A DNA stretch of 64,000 nt, from positions 28,522,001 through 28,586,000 of the forward strand of contig NC_087436.1 of NCBI RefSeq assembly GCF_036321535.1. The letters run 5' to 3'. Below are positions 1 through 12,917 of the stretch, piece by piece. The DNA is from Camelus dromedarius (Eukaryota). How positions within the stretch are numbered: position 1 is the first letter of the stretch; every line of letters begins with the position of its first letter. The notes beneath the pieces were generated by a model that had not been told where the DNA came from, did no database searches, and saw only the letters and a list, made by a program, of their open reading frames with translations. Both the position numbers and the translations under genes were made by a program.

Positions 1-1964
1 CATACTAGCAAATATACCTGTTTCATTATCAAGAAAATATTTTCTAAAACCACAAAAACAGGAGTTCCTATCGTATTTTCCTCTATTTTTCCTTTAGCCT
101 TGCATAAATTGTTCTTTCTTTAAAAGCAATTCTCTTATAAATAAGAAAAAATCTATATTTTAATCCTCCAATTTTTCTAAGCACAGATGTGCTTAAGTCG
201 TAACCAGAGGAATTTCTTTTACTGAAATCTTGTTCTTATCTGCTGGTAGTTCAATCTACATATTATCCCCAAACCAAATCTCAGACTGAATATGAAACAA
301 ACTTGCTAATGAAGTAGGGACTTCCAAAGGAAGTCTGCCTGATCTCTTGCCCTGTGATTTCAGCATTTTGTGTTTCAGACCTGGAACTTCCCGACCCTGG
401 TCGTGCCTGTGGAAGTGATAACCATTGGTGATCTCTGCAAAACATTTCTCTCTGGCACTTCCAGGACTCTCTCAGATGTGAATGCAAAATTGCATTCTCT
501 GGGATGCCATGGTTCAGTATGACAGGAATCAGTTTATTTAAAGTTTTGTTGGTTTGTTCATTTGCCTGTGTTTTTAAATCCATAACTGTAGCAATAAACA
601 TTTCCTCTTATGAAGGTAGTGGTAAATAACTTAATCCATTCTTCTAAAGGTGGCCATTATTTTAGCTGCTTTCCTTAGTCTTTCTTTACTAGTCAAAGCA
701 GCATATTCTATCCCATGAAGTCCTCTATCCCTGCATTAGTTCTACTAATCCCTTTAAACAATTTGACTCCTTGAACTCCATTTTTCAATTATGAATGCTT
801 GCAATTCCTGTTGCAAGAAGGAGGAATTCAAGAGTATGGCTCTAACTTTCTTTTTTTTCTTGCAAACTTTTTAACACCCACAGGTGTAGTAAAGGAAAGA
901 TATATGCTAAATGTTAAAATTCCAAAGTCATATATAAGAATAGATTATATACATGACCCTGTTCTCCTCAAAGAAATGAAAGGAGAATGAAGTCATGCCT
1001 GTAAGGCCCATGTAACCTGAGAAGCTGCCCTGTAAACAATGAACCATTAATATCCTGACTTTCATAGATTGCAGAGAGAATATAAACCTATCTGCGTTCT
1101 AGTTATAATCCAATCTGCCTGTATAAATAATAGTATACAAATAGATCATAAATAATGCCTAACTATTAATCAGCATGTATTAATCAGCATCTAAGTCTTC
1201 ACCTTTAACAGGATTTTATTTTATGAAGAGTGGACAACTAAATTTAAAACTTCATTCAGAACTATAAAGCATCTCATCCCAATTCCAATGCTATTTCTCT
1301 TCCATTACCATAAAGGATAATGCTTTAACCCTCTCTTAAATACTTACCCTGAATTTATTTTATTTAGCAAGTCTTTATGTATTATTTTTAAAGTCAGTAA
1401 TTATCTTTTATGGATTATTTACAAATATGAACATTTTTGATATATATAAGGAGAATATGTGTGGATTGGTGTAATTAATAATGTAGCATGTTGAGCCATA
1501 TTTTTAAAGAATAAGATGTGAAATCTTCGCCTAATATTTCACTTTCATCAGGTCAGAGTTTTTAGCATTAAATTAAATCTATAATTTACCTATATAAGTT
1601 TCTTTGTAGTAATTTCTGAAAGATTATACAAAACATTTTCATGAAAACTATCCATATGATTCATTAATATTTCATAAATATTTATATTTCAAAAGCACCC
1701 TTAAGTTATCCAAGTAATTATAAATGTGTTAATTTTAGGGGAATACGTAAAATACATCATTAATAATAAAATCAATTTTCAGTATTTCAGGAATTGTACT
1801 TTTTGAGGAAGATAATATTCTAATAAACTTTTAAGAGTCAATAGGGTTGGATTGGTTCTATTTTAAATACAGCACAAAATATTCCAAGTTTTTATCCACT
1901 TAACAATCTGAAAGAAGGAATGATATTTTTAAAAATCTGATCCTAATTAATATTAATAAACCAA

Positions 1965-2150
1965 ATTCTGTTGAGCATAAACTAGGCATCAGATACTTTG
2001 CATACAGTGCTACATGTTAATGTTATTACTCTCATGTTGAAGAAATTGATGAAAAAGTTGAATCTTAAAGATATTAAGTCACTCCAGGTAGCTCAAGCAA
2101 GAAATGCACCTATGGTTCAAACATACATCCATGTGACTCTCATTCATGAA
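1965..2150 (-). mobile_element. MIR SINE fragment
   Basis: Degenerate similarity to the reverse MIR core (ttaagtcactccaggtagctcaagcaagaaatg...ggttcaaac). Confidence 0.55.
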
Positions 2151-2733
2151 TCCCAACTTGCACACAAAGTAGATTTTTTTTTAATTAAGTTTGAAATTTG
2201 ACATACTAAGAACCAAATCTTTTCACTTGCTCAAGCAATGTAGCTGTTTGAATAGAGAGGGTTTTCTTTGTTTTCAAGATTCTGGGCAAACATTCTTGTG
2301 ACTTGGTGTAGGAAAGCACTCTTAGAATATGTGGAACTTGGGACAAGATGGTGAATCTGTTGGTTTAAGATGCATCACAAAAAAAACTAGAGGTTAGAGG
2401 TCAGGTTGAATGGGTTACAGTTTTAAATGTCTATATGAATGACTCTAGGGATGAACCTGTGTCAATGTGTGTGAGTGTTTTGTATTTTGCAAAAACTGTT
2501 GGTTGTATGTGAATCAAGTTTTTAAACAGAGTATAGTGCTCCTGTGAAGTTCTAAAAGGTAAAGAGTACTTCATCAGGATAATTTTTATGTGTACTTTGA
2601 ATTACATAAGAGATTATTTTACTGCATGAATCAATAATTACAAATAGTATTAAATACAACAGTGATTATTTTGCAAGCCTGTGGATTGATGGTGGAAAAA
2701 ATAAACTGAAGAGGACAGGAGCTTGTGAGTTAT

Positions 2734-3185
2734 TGTGAAGGAAAAGCTGGGCTGGTCTGACAAGATAACTCGTAAGTCTAGGAATGTGAAGGAGAGGCTG
2801 GGCTGGGCTAACAAGTCTAAGTATTGGAATACTGATCTGAGTTCTGCTGGACTAACTTGTAAATCTAAGTTAATTAGTGTTGGTTTGCTGTTTATGTTTT
2901 TTGCTAGCCAGCTGGATTTTCAAAGATACATATCTGGCTTTGGAATGTTGGTTTGCTGCCTCCCTGCCTCCACTTTTGTGATGATAATGCTGCTAAAGCT
3001 GTTCCATGCCTATTGGCCAAATACCCCAAGCTTGTACTTTACCCTATAAAACCTCATGTACACATCTTGAAGGTGCTCAGAGCTTCGGAGCAGAAGCCCC
3101 TCTGAGCCCGCCGGCGTAATACATCTGAGTACTCCAACCCTCCGAGTGGTGCTTGTTTCTTCCCTGGCCTGTCGTTTCCGTAACA
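2734..3185 (+). mobile_element. Young solo ERV LTR (lineage-specific, probably ERV1 class)
   Basis: TG...CA termini with imperfect terminal inverted repeat (tgtgaaggaa / ttccgtaaca). ~50-bp U3 tandem repeat at 2734 and 2785. TATA box cctataaaa at ~3042. AATACA poly(A)-like signal at ~3118. CpGs retained. Confidence 0.8.
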
Positions 3186-3261
3186 TTTCATTTTATCCTC
3201 CAAAATATTCATCACCAGCAAAGTAAATATTTGAAATGTCTTGTTATTCTATATTAAAAAC

Positions 3262-3589
3262 TGTTACGGACTGAATTCTTATGTCTCCCCAAAATGCATA
3301 TGTTGAAATCCTAACTCTCAATATGATGGTGGTAGCAAGAGATAGTTAAGTCATGAGGGTGGAGTTCTTATGAATGGGATTAATGCCCTTATAAGAAGAG
3401 AAAGGAGAGGCTCCTCTCTCTCTTCCTAAGTTGTATCCTCACATGTCAGGATCCTCACTAGACATTGGATCTATCACTGCCTTTGATTCTGAACTTCTCA
3501 GCCTTCAGAACTGTGACAAATAAATTTCTATTGTTTAAGCTACCCAGTCTTTGAGACTTTGTAAGAGCTAGCCTGAAATGACTGAGACA
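3262..3589 (+). mobile_element. MLT1A-type MaLR LTR
   Basis: Starts tgttacggactgaat...ccccaaaatgcatatgttgaaatcctaac and ends aataaatttctattgtttaagctacccagtct...gactgagaca, matching the recalled MLT1A consensus. Confidence 0.85.
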
Positions 3590-6500
3590 AACGCTTTGTT
3601 CAATGTGGGCACTACATTTCTCATACAAAGAGTTTTATTATTATGCATATTTAGCCATTGGTGAACAACAAGTACAACTTAAATGCATTAGGAGTTTAAT
3701 TAGACTTCAAGTAGGTGATTATTTCTTGTTTCCCTTGGTGCATAAAATTTGTCTTGGACTATGGCAGAATTATTGGGAGATTTTAAACATGAATTTTGAC
3801 AACATTGGTCTCCTGCTTATTAAACAGCAAGGTTATCAGCTTTTGTCTTAAATTATAGCACTTATGACATAAGTAAGTTGGTCAGACTTATATAACTATA
3901 TTTGTGCAAAAGAATTAAGACAATTAGCTATTTCTGTTTATCTCCTTAATTTAGTTTAAAAATATCTTATGTTGAAATAGAAAATTTATTTTTGCCTATT
4001 TTATTTTTGTGGGAAATACTTCAGACATGAGTTTCTATTTTATTTTATAAAGTTTTGGATGACAAGGCAAAATTAATTTCCTCAGTTATATTAGTACCTT
4101 TGATGTTGAAGAGGGTATTAACTCATGAATTTTATGTCTTCATTCAGTCATGTATTTAATATATGTTAATGTGCACATAATATATGTTAATTTGAATCAT
4201 AATTATTTTAAAATTTTCCATATAATTTAAAGATAATAATTCCATAATAAAAGTTCCATGTTTCTTATTTACTTTCTTTGTGATACACAAATAGCTAATG
4301 TTATTAGTATTTCAGTAAAATGAAACTAATAAGTAGTCATGGGACATCAATTTGAAAGATAAGCATTTAAATTTCATCTTCTCAATCACATTGGATTAGT
4401 GTTCTTTTATGAGTTTCAAATATCAAGAAATGCATATTATTTCTTTTGCCTCTATAATTATTTTCCAGCCTCAAATTATACTAAAAATAATTGAGAGCAA
4501 TTATGATAAAAAAAAAATGAGTCACATGTCCAACAAACCAAGTTGTCATAATTAAAAGACTATCTTTTTTTCTTATTAGGCTAAACTGCTGATTCTGCTA
4601 AATAACTACTTAGAGTTAAAATCTGATGCCGAATTGCATTAGGAATTTAGTACATCCATTTTGTTCAAAAGAATTGTTTTCAATATATTATTATTTTATG
4701 GCTTAGAGAAAACTGAAACCAGACCTTGTCAATCAATATCAGATGCAATTTGTATTTTATTTTTAAACATATTTTATTTTTTATTGATCCAAAGTATATT
4801 TTACAAAGCTCAGTACTAAGTCATATAAAGCTTAATTGAGGGTTGCTTAAAAGTATTTCACTAATAAACCTTCAACACATGTTACCTTTATGACACAGTG
4901 TGGTGGATCCTGCTAATATTGGTTACTATTCTTGGTGATTTTTAATGAAGTCAGAGCAGCAGAGGGGCTATGTAAATAAGTATATCAAAGGATATTTGGA
5001 AGATAGCTACATTTCTAAGATGGTTATGTCTTTTTAAATTAATAGGACACTTCATAAAAGTAGACAATTTCATGACAAGGTCTCAAATTTTGCTATGAAA
5101 TACTTGGGGTTTGATTAATGAAAAAGGAAAGAATATCCTATTTCCAGGATTCTCTCAGGGAATATCAATATCTCAGTAAAACTGAGGTGACCAAAATATT
5201 GTCAATATAGCTCCCAGCAAGTCAGCCAGAAGCTACAAGTAAGTGGTTAAAGGCTTTCTGTAGATATAACTCTTTTGCCTGGTTCAACTCTTGGCATATT
5301 GTCCTCTTACTGTATTTTCTGGGTTTAACAGATACCTTGTACATGTTTATTTTCATTCCCACTAGAGAAAGAAGGAAGATTCTGGTTAATAAAATTAACA
5401 AAGAGACTGTGAGCCTAGCTCCTGAATCAAATAGTCATCCTGCTTTATGTTTTGGAGGTCACTGGGAATTTGGTTTTGCATTTCCATTTCAGGTCAGAGA
5501 AGACAATTTAAAACACAATCTATACTAATAAAAAAGGTAATAAACCCTTTCCAACATTTTACCGGCAAACGTTTATAATTTCAACCAGTGGTTTGGTACA
5601 AAGAAAACACCTTTTTAAGGGTAATTGTGTTATACAGGTAGAAGCCAATTAGCTCTATATGTAAAGGCTTCTGTTTTTAAAAACTGAGTATAAATGAGTG
5701 TTTGCCAATTTGTCTGAAAGGTTAAGGTCTGGGTTTGACATTTTAAAAGCCTAGATTTCAGTTCCTATAGAAAAAAATTGGTCAATCATTAAACAAAACC
5801 CTGTTTTCCTACAGGGTGTAGACACTTTGATGGGTGGGGCCTAAGAATGGAGAGACAGATGATAAAAGAAATATTTGCAGATATCTCACAATTCTCAGGG
5901 AAATGGAGAGAAGCAAATAAAAACAGTAATAGGTGCACATAGGAAATATGATAGGATCTATAAAACAGGTAATAATTGTGAAAAAACAAAAACAAAAAAG
6001 ATTCTATTTCTGAGCCAAATTAAAGCTAGGAAACTGAGACACAAATAACACTGGAAGAAAAACAGGGATCATGGTAATCTATAAGAGAAAGAGAGATTAG
6101 AAATCATTTAGTCTAAACATCTTACTTTTCACAAAAGAAGAAGACCCTGGTGTTGCGAGTTTAGTGAACTAAACAAATTGACACTAGCTTCAATATTTAA
6201 TAAACTGAAATTATTTTTAAACTATTTTTAGCAAAATAAGCCATATTAGTCATATTAGGCTTCATCTTCTCTAAAAAATATTGGATCTCATTGCAAAAGT
6301 GGTTTTTTCAATAATATTATTTTTATCTGGTAATTTGACAGGACCGCCTTGTGAATTCAATTAATAATTTCTATTAAACGCCAGGGCACTAGAACTATAT
6401 TCTCAGGGAATTAATACACAAAACCCAGGCCATGGGATACAATCTTACAGCAATGTGGCTCTGGTTTCTGTATCTGTTGAAATGTCCCTGTTCCAGGACT

Positions 6501-6599
6501 GGAGAGTTTTAATTGAGAGCCTTACAGTGATTCTGTTTATGTGATGTGTCTTTGTTCTTCCTTCTACTCATCTTCCTCAGTGTTTCCCTCTACTTTTTG

Positions 6600-6910
6600 C
6601 TTGTTTGTTTCAATTGGCTGTATTTGGTCTTTGACTCTTCCATTTGAACTGTATATTAACTCATTACATTTCTCAGGAAATAGTACTGCTATCATTTGTA
6701 TCAGAATTGCATTAACTTTATCAAGTTCTATTATGGAAAGCTGGAATTAGAAAGTTACATTCTATTTGACTTGCTGAGGTATCCCAATTTCTCAGAAAAG
6801 TACCTAACACTTACTTGGATCAATGGATGCATCTTTATGATATTAATTTTTCCTACCCATGAATGTGGTCAATCTCTTCATTTACATAGGAAAATTTCTT
6901 TCTTTAATTA
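6600..6910 (-). mobile_element. Old L1 (L1M/L1ME) ORF2 fragment
   Basis: Antisense ORF2-like motifs: gaattgcattaact, atctttatgatattaatttttcctacccatgaatgtgg. Confidence 0.6.
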
Positions 6911-7894
6911 CAGTTATGTAAAAAAAGAACATGGGGACAGATTGCCAAACTTTCCTCTTCAACTTTCTCTTCTACCTCCCTTGATCTACTCACTGCAGGA
7001 TTCACCCTCATATCTCTTCTTCTGGCAACTGTCAGTATATGTTGTCCACCTCCTATCGCTATTTTGAGATGTAGTTCTTTTTTTTACAGTTAAGAAACCC
7101 AGCATTCCTCTAGTAGGATCATCCTTTCACATAGCTAGTTGCTGGCATGGTAATCAGGAGGGAGGTGGGCATATCTTAATCAGGGGAGTGTGTGTTGTCT
7201 TGCAAGGCAGAGGTCTCTGCAACATATTCAGGTAAAAGGTAGTTTTAATAGGGAAGGATGGAATAACTCTAAATTTCTAGAGGTTTAGGTGAATCTGAGG
7301 ATTCAAGATTTTCAGATACATTAGCCCAAATGTTCCTATCCCAAATCTCATAAAGTTTCTTGTCTCCAATGAAGGGGCCAACCTTGGCATATTAGAACTG
7401 ATGAGATCTAGAATACACCATTATCTGGAGTTCTGCTACTTTTATCGTTAAGTCTAGAGCCAGGTTGTCATATTTGTCTGCCTCTAAGTTTCAGGTGATG
7501 AGAATCTATTTATATGAATCCAAAGAGGCTCTTTATCATTCACAGTTAATTGTTTTTTATTAGTGATCAACCTCCCTCAGCATTTTTTGTCATTTTCCAA
7601 ATCATCAATTGCTCTAAAATAACCATTACACTTCATAGTGCTTATAACTATTATTGCCCCATATTTTATAAATTACTGATACATTGCACCCACAGATCCA
7701 TCCATGTGCCAACCCAGTCAAGCTCTGCAGAAAATTTTCACGATTGTAATACTAATATATGTCAGAGCTATCCATCTGCAGCTGTTACCCATCACCTGTT
7801 ATGTTATATCTAAGCCAGTTGATCAGCAACTGTCCCAGCTCCAAAATCCTATTTTATGGTCTGCTGTCTTAGGCCACTTCCAGTGCAAAAATAT

Positions 7895-8830
7895 TGCAAG
7901 TCAGATTCTCCAAGAGCAGAAGTTTAGCTAGAGAGTCGAGTTCATGAAAGATATTGAGTAGAATTTTGGGGATGAACATGTGTGGGAGATTGAAGGAAAA
8001 GGATGGTGGAAAAACTAAAATTTAAGCTCTGAATCAGTGGCATCAGATACCTCAGCTGTTACCATGGAGGCTCTGGAGCTGGAATGGTGGGATAGATTGA
8101 ATTGTGTCCTTCCCCAAATTCATATTGAAGTCCTAAACTACAGTGCCGCAGAATGTGACCTTATTTGGAAATAGGGTTGTTTCAGATGTAATTACTTAAG
8201 ATGAGGCAAGAGTGGAATAGGGTGGGCCCTGCTCCAATATGACTCATGTCCTTATAAAAGTGGAAATTTGGGGACACACACACAGGGAGAAGAGAGAATG
8301 CAGTGGGAAGATGAAGGCAGAGATCAGGATGATTCAGTAAAAGCTAAGGACCATCAATGATTTCCAGTCAACTACCAGAAGGTAGGAGGGAGACCTGGAA
8401 CAAAATTTTCCTTCACATCCCTCAGAAATAAGCCACACAATCCTGGTGGCATCCTGACCATCTTGACCTCAGACTTCTAACCTCTAGACCTGTGAGGCAA
8501 TACATCTCTATCATCTAAGGACCCCGTCTGTGGTACTTTGTTACAGCAGCTCTGGCAAATGAACACAGATTCTTTAAAGAATTGTCCCAGATAGAGAGAC
8601 TGGGTCTAGGAATTTGTATATTTGCATCAACCAGTCTCTTGATATGAGATGCTCTCATGAAGGGAAGGGGATGTGGGACCTCGGGTAAAGCAGCTTTATT
8701 CATCCAAAATAACTTTGAGACATGGATCCATCTGGGAGCTCTTGAGTGAGACTCCTGCCTGCACTTAGAAAAATGAGTTCTTCAGTCTTAGGGTATGAAG
8801 CAGGGAGATCTGGGGGCACCTCTGCTACCT
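7895..8830 (-). mobile_element. LTR16-type ERVL LTR interrupted by MLT1C
   Basis: ggctctggagctggaatgg before and ttctttaaagaattgtcccag...catcaaccagtc after the MLT1C join into a continuous LTR16-like sequence. Confidence 0.6.
8088..8567 (+). mobile_element. MLT1C MaLR LTR
   Basis: ttgaattgtgtcc...cagaatgtgaccttatttggaaataggg...gtggtactttgttacagcagctctggcaaatgaacaca. Confidence 0.85.
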
Positions 8831-9279
8831 CTGACCAAGGAGTTCATTCCATTGTCAGAAAAGGAAGAGTTCATTAATACTAATAAGCAGTACAGTTTAA
8901 GTTCTAAACTAGCAACTAGAGTTTGTTTATTCATTTTAAGCTCTCCCAACTAATGGGATTATTATGCCACCAATGATATTGGATCCAGTAAAATACACAT
9001 TGCACCATTCAGGCCTTTGTTGCTGGATCGTAAGGAACCACGTCTGTGTCTAAGCAATGAAGTTGAACATAACCCACAGGTCCTAGTGCTGCAATTAGAT
9101 ACAGTAGTTGGTAGAGATCTGGAGATGTCTACTTTGCAGATAGTTGAGCATGGTTTATTTTGTATGTGGGGTTATGGTAGTAAAGGAATTGTTTGAATGT
9201 TGCTAATTCATTTTTTTCAACAAACATGAAATTCAAAATTACAAATGTAAGGAGTATTGTGAATGAGTCATACATGAAT

Positions 9280-10680
9280 CCTTCAGTAGGCATACTACGG
9301 AGATTTCACCCCATTTAGAAAGTCAGACAACACATCTTTGAAGAAATGACAATTTAGTTGAAATCTGTAACACCTAAGATTACCAGGTAAGAATGGCAAG
9401 AAAAATAATTTCCTTCATAATGAAAAGTATGGAATATGTGCAAAAGTCCTGTGGTATAAGGGGGAAACACATATTAAAAACTGAAAGAAGGCCCATGACT
9501 CTTGACTGGAAAGACAGTGATAGGAGGTGGTACAAAATTGAGTCACAGAACTAGATAGGAACAAACAGTGTGGGATGTTTTAGGAAGTGCATTCAGTTTT
9601 GGTTGATGAGCAATATTATTTGAATTTCAGAAAATGTCTTTGGCTATACTGGAAAGAAGAGGTTGGAAGACAGAGGAGAAGATGGTAGGGAACCTATTGA
9701 CGGTGAATGTGAAGTTCCAGGTGTGAGGTGACAGTAGAGTTGGCTCTTACAGTGATAATTAAGATGAAATTATATTGATAAATTCAAGAAATACTTAGTT
9801 ATTAAGTCTATAGGAGGTAGAAATACACTGAATATGAGCGGTAAGGGAGAGGAGACAGCAGTCATGAGTGGTGGCAGGTGGCGATACCACACTCTGAGAC
9901 AGTTCCACCAGAGGAAGACTGTGTCAGTGCATGTGTGCATGCTTGGTGGAGGAAGAAGGGAATAATAACTTGTTTTTAACTAGGGCGTGTTTAATTAAAG
10001 GTGCTCTAAGACCCTCAGAGCATGGCAGTTGGTATGGGATCTATAGCCCATAGGGAATTCTCTGGCTGGAGGTACAGAGTTTTAGCCATCTCTGTACACC
10101 TCTATTCTGAGACATAACCATGGATGAGATTACTTTTAGGGGGAATATAAAGTGAGGAAAGAGAAGTGAGCCAAGCACCAAGATCCACGGTGCCCGCACG
10201 TTGAACAGCTGGAAGAGGGAAGATGAGCCTGCAAGGAGCACTGAAATGGTCCAGAGATGCTAGGAAAATTAAGGTAGTATGGAGTCACTTTTTTCAAGGG
10301 AAGAAACGTCTTCAAGAAGTCGAATTCTGTCAAGATGTCAAATTAGGTGAAAACTGAAAAACATTTCTTGGATTTAGCAACAACACGGTTGTGTGTAGCC
10401 TTAACAAAAACTGTTTTAGTAGAATTTGACTTGAGAATGCATAGACTGAGCTAGAGAAGTGAAAGAAAAAGAAGTGGAGGTGGCAAATTTAGGAGACATT
10501 TTTCAGAAATCTGCATGTGAAAGAGAGAAGAAAAAAGAGCAGTGGCCCAATAACTGGAGGGTGATATTTAGAGATAGGAATTTGTTGTTTGTTTTAGAGT
10601 GTGTGTGTGTGTGTGTGTTCGTGTATGTGTGTGAGTTAGAGAACTGTGAACATGTTTAGAATCTAAGAGAAGAATTTTCT
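9280..10680 (-). mobile_element. L2 LINE fragments
   Basis: Purine-rich antisense L2 motifs (tgtgcaaaagtcctgtgg, ttccaggtgtgaggtgacagt, ttggatttagcaaca). Confidence 0.7.
10599..10634. repeat. (TG)n microsatellite
   Basis: Directly visible. Confidence 0.9.
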
Positions 10681-10754
10681 TGAGAGGGCATATGCATTCT
10701 CTAAATGTCTTTTGTGGGGAGGGGGCAGGCTAGCTATGGGAGGCAGGGAACAAT

Positions 10755-11562
10755 TGTCTTGATTTACTCAGCACAGCAGCCCTTCTTTCCTTTTTGTGGC
10801 AACAACACCCTGGGCTTTTGGCAGAATGCCCACCCTCTTTGTCCTGTGTTTCCAATGGTGCCTGACTAATCAAAGCATCTTAATTCATGACCACATTGAT
10901 CTAAGCAATTAGTCTTTTTTTCTTTAATTACATATGTGTATGCCATGAGAAGGAGTTTTCTATTTCTTTGGGTTGTTTGGTGGGATAATGTAAGCCTGGC
11001 CCTAGGGACTCCTGCTAACTGCACTTAGGCACAAACAGATGGGTGATTGGAAGATCAAATTCAGCCTGAATGCTGCTTGACAGGCCACGTGCCTTGACAC
11101 AGGGCTGCTTCCACCAGAGGAAGAGACGTGTTTTTTTTATGACTGGTTATTATCTAGCTCACATGGCTGGTCCTGTTTTGAAGAAGTATGTTTTGATAAT
11201 TGAGTTACCGACATACATACATTTTCAAATTCACACAGAAGCTCCATACAGGCCAGTCAGTGGTGGCCTTGCCTCCAGCTCTCTCTGGCCATCTCCTGGG
11301 TCTTAGTTCATAGAGAAGCTTACATAAAGTTTTATGTCAAGTCCATACAGAGTGAGAAGGAAACAGGAGTGAGAACACAGCATGAGAAAAGATTATATAG
11401 AGTTCTGAACTTACATTGTATGTCCCTGTCAGCTGTGACAAACCTACCATACCTGATTTCCCAGATACAACAACAAATTCCCTTTAAAATTTTTCTCCTA
11501 TTAGACACCAGCAGTTTGAGTTAGGATTTTGCCATTTTCAGCCCAAACATTCTGATTAATAT
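10755..11562 (+). mobile_element. MLT1J/K-like MaLR LTR (degenerate, possibly interrupted)
   Basis: 3' end aaattccctt...cagtttgagttaggattttgccattttcagcccaaacattctgattaata resembles the MLT1J/K terminus. Confidence 0.5.
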
Positions 11563-12438
11563 GCTGCTTATTTGTAATTTTTTAAACTGCCATATCCTCC
11601 TTGAGCTTTTTAAATGAAAATCATTTCCTAAATAAATAAAACTGCACAGAATCAAAATCCCCTATATCTTTTACCTTACACCTGGAAACAGGATTCCTCA
11701 TTTCTCTGATCATAAGTTTTCTTTTATGCTGCCTAGAGTGTAGGTTTCCTTTTTTATTCTATTAGAAGGAAACCCACCTGTTAGTTTTCTGGTTGCCGTA
11801 GTGCCTTCTTATCCATGGCCATGGTCTATTTGTGTTCATGGGCAAAATTCCCTCTACTCACAGCTGGAGTCACTTAAAGCCCCTGTAAGTCAGATCTCCT
11901 TCAGTCTCCAGGTTCAATCCTGTCGCTACTGGTGGTGAAGCTGATGAACGCTTGCTCAGTAGCTCCGTTACTCAGCCTGGAGACATCCTAGAGAATGGGT
12001 TCACTCTGACCTCTATTCCAATTCTACTAGCTCCCTCCTGTCTTTTTTTCTTGGCCAGGAACTTGATATCTATCACAGTACCAGTGAGCATGTCTGCTGG
12101 GGTGTGAGGAGGTTGGCTTTCCCCACACTGTCTCTACTGGTTCCATGAAGTGAGATTTCTCTGAACACTCCTAGTCTCTAGCTCCGTTACCTCATGGTCT
12201 ACATCACAAGGGAAGTTGGATTAACTGTTGAAATGGCGAGTTTGAAAGCCTGAAGCCCAATAAAAGCACATTTTCTGCTCTACTCTACCATGCTATATGT
12301 CTTATATGGATCAGCCCCCTGTATGGAAAGCCTGTGATTACTCCTGTGATTCAATGGATAAGACTCCAATTCTGGGTTTCGCTACCAAGACGCTTATTGT
12401 AGGCCTAACTGCCAATCTAGGTTCTATCGGTAATAAAC

Positions 12439-12917
12439 AGTTGACTGAAATAAATGTGCAGCCTAAAAGTTGAGAGTTATGTTTTATTTGGCGGGAGGAC
12501 TGGAGCCGGGATGAGAGCCTCTCAGATGGCTCTGAGGGACTGCTCCGAAGAGGTAGGGGAGGAGCTAGGATATATAGGAGCTTTACAACAAAGACCAGGT
12601 AGTTGGAACAATAAAAGATTACTTGTTATCTAAAGAAAACCAGGCATCTGAAGTTAAAGAATCTAGTGCTTTTCTGTGTATGGGAGGAAGCAAATGTCTG
12701 GGCTCATTGTATTCATTCCTTTGACAAGCACCTAGCTATCTAGGGCCAGTATCCTGTCCTTTCTTATTCTGAGTCCCCTCAGGGTGCACCATTGTGAGTG
12801 GCTGCAGAGGCCGGGCTGCAGGCTTGTCTTCACTGGGGGGTGGCGGCAGCCGCTGATGACTTGATGTCTTCAGCATTCTTTGTTTACTGATATGGTTTAC
12901 AGTATTTTTAGTTCACA
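12439..12917 (-). mobile_element. MER41-like cetartiodactyl ERV1 solo LTR
   Basis: cctaaaagttgagagttatgttttatttgg...ctgctccgaagagg...tatctagggccagtatcctg matches the recalled MER41_BT-like consensus. AATAAA and TATA lie on the minus strand. 4-bp TSD aaac/aaag (1 mismatch). Confidence 0.8.

Noticed and set aside
61..74. ggagttcctatcgt resembling the start of the pig PRE1 SINE
   Set aside because: Similarity ends after ~13 bp and no SINE body follows.
281..601. 106-aa minus ORF, and a plus-strand acceptor at 378 giving DLELPDPGRACGSDNHW* or TWNFPTLVVPVEV...
   Set aside because: No recognisable protein and no supporting exons in the window. Cannot be fully excluded because it lies at the window edge.
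1164..1190. 13-bp tandem duplication tattaatcagcat
   Set aside because: Ordinary slippage duplication.
2735..3049. 104-aa ORF with an internal repeat
   Set aside because: Lies wholly inside an LTR, and the peptide repeat mirrors the U3 tandem duplication.
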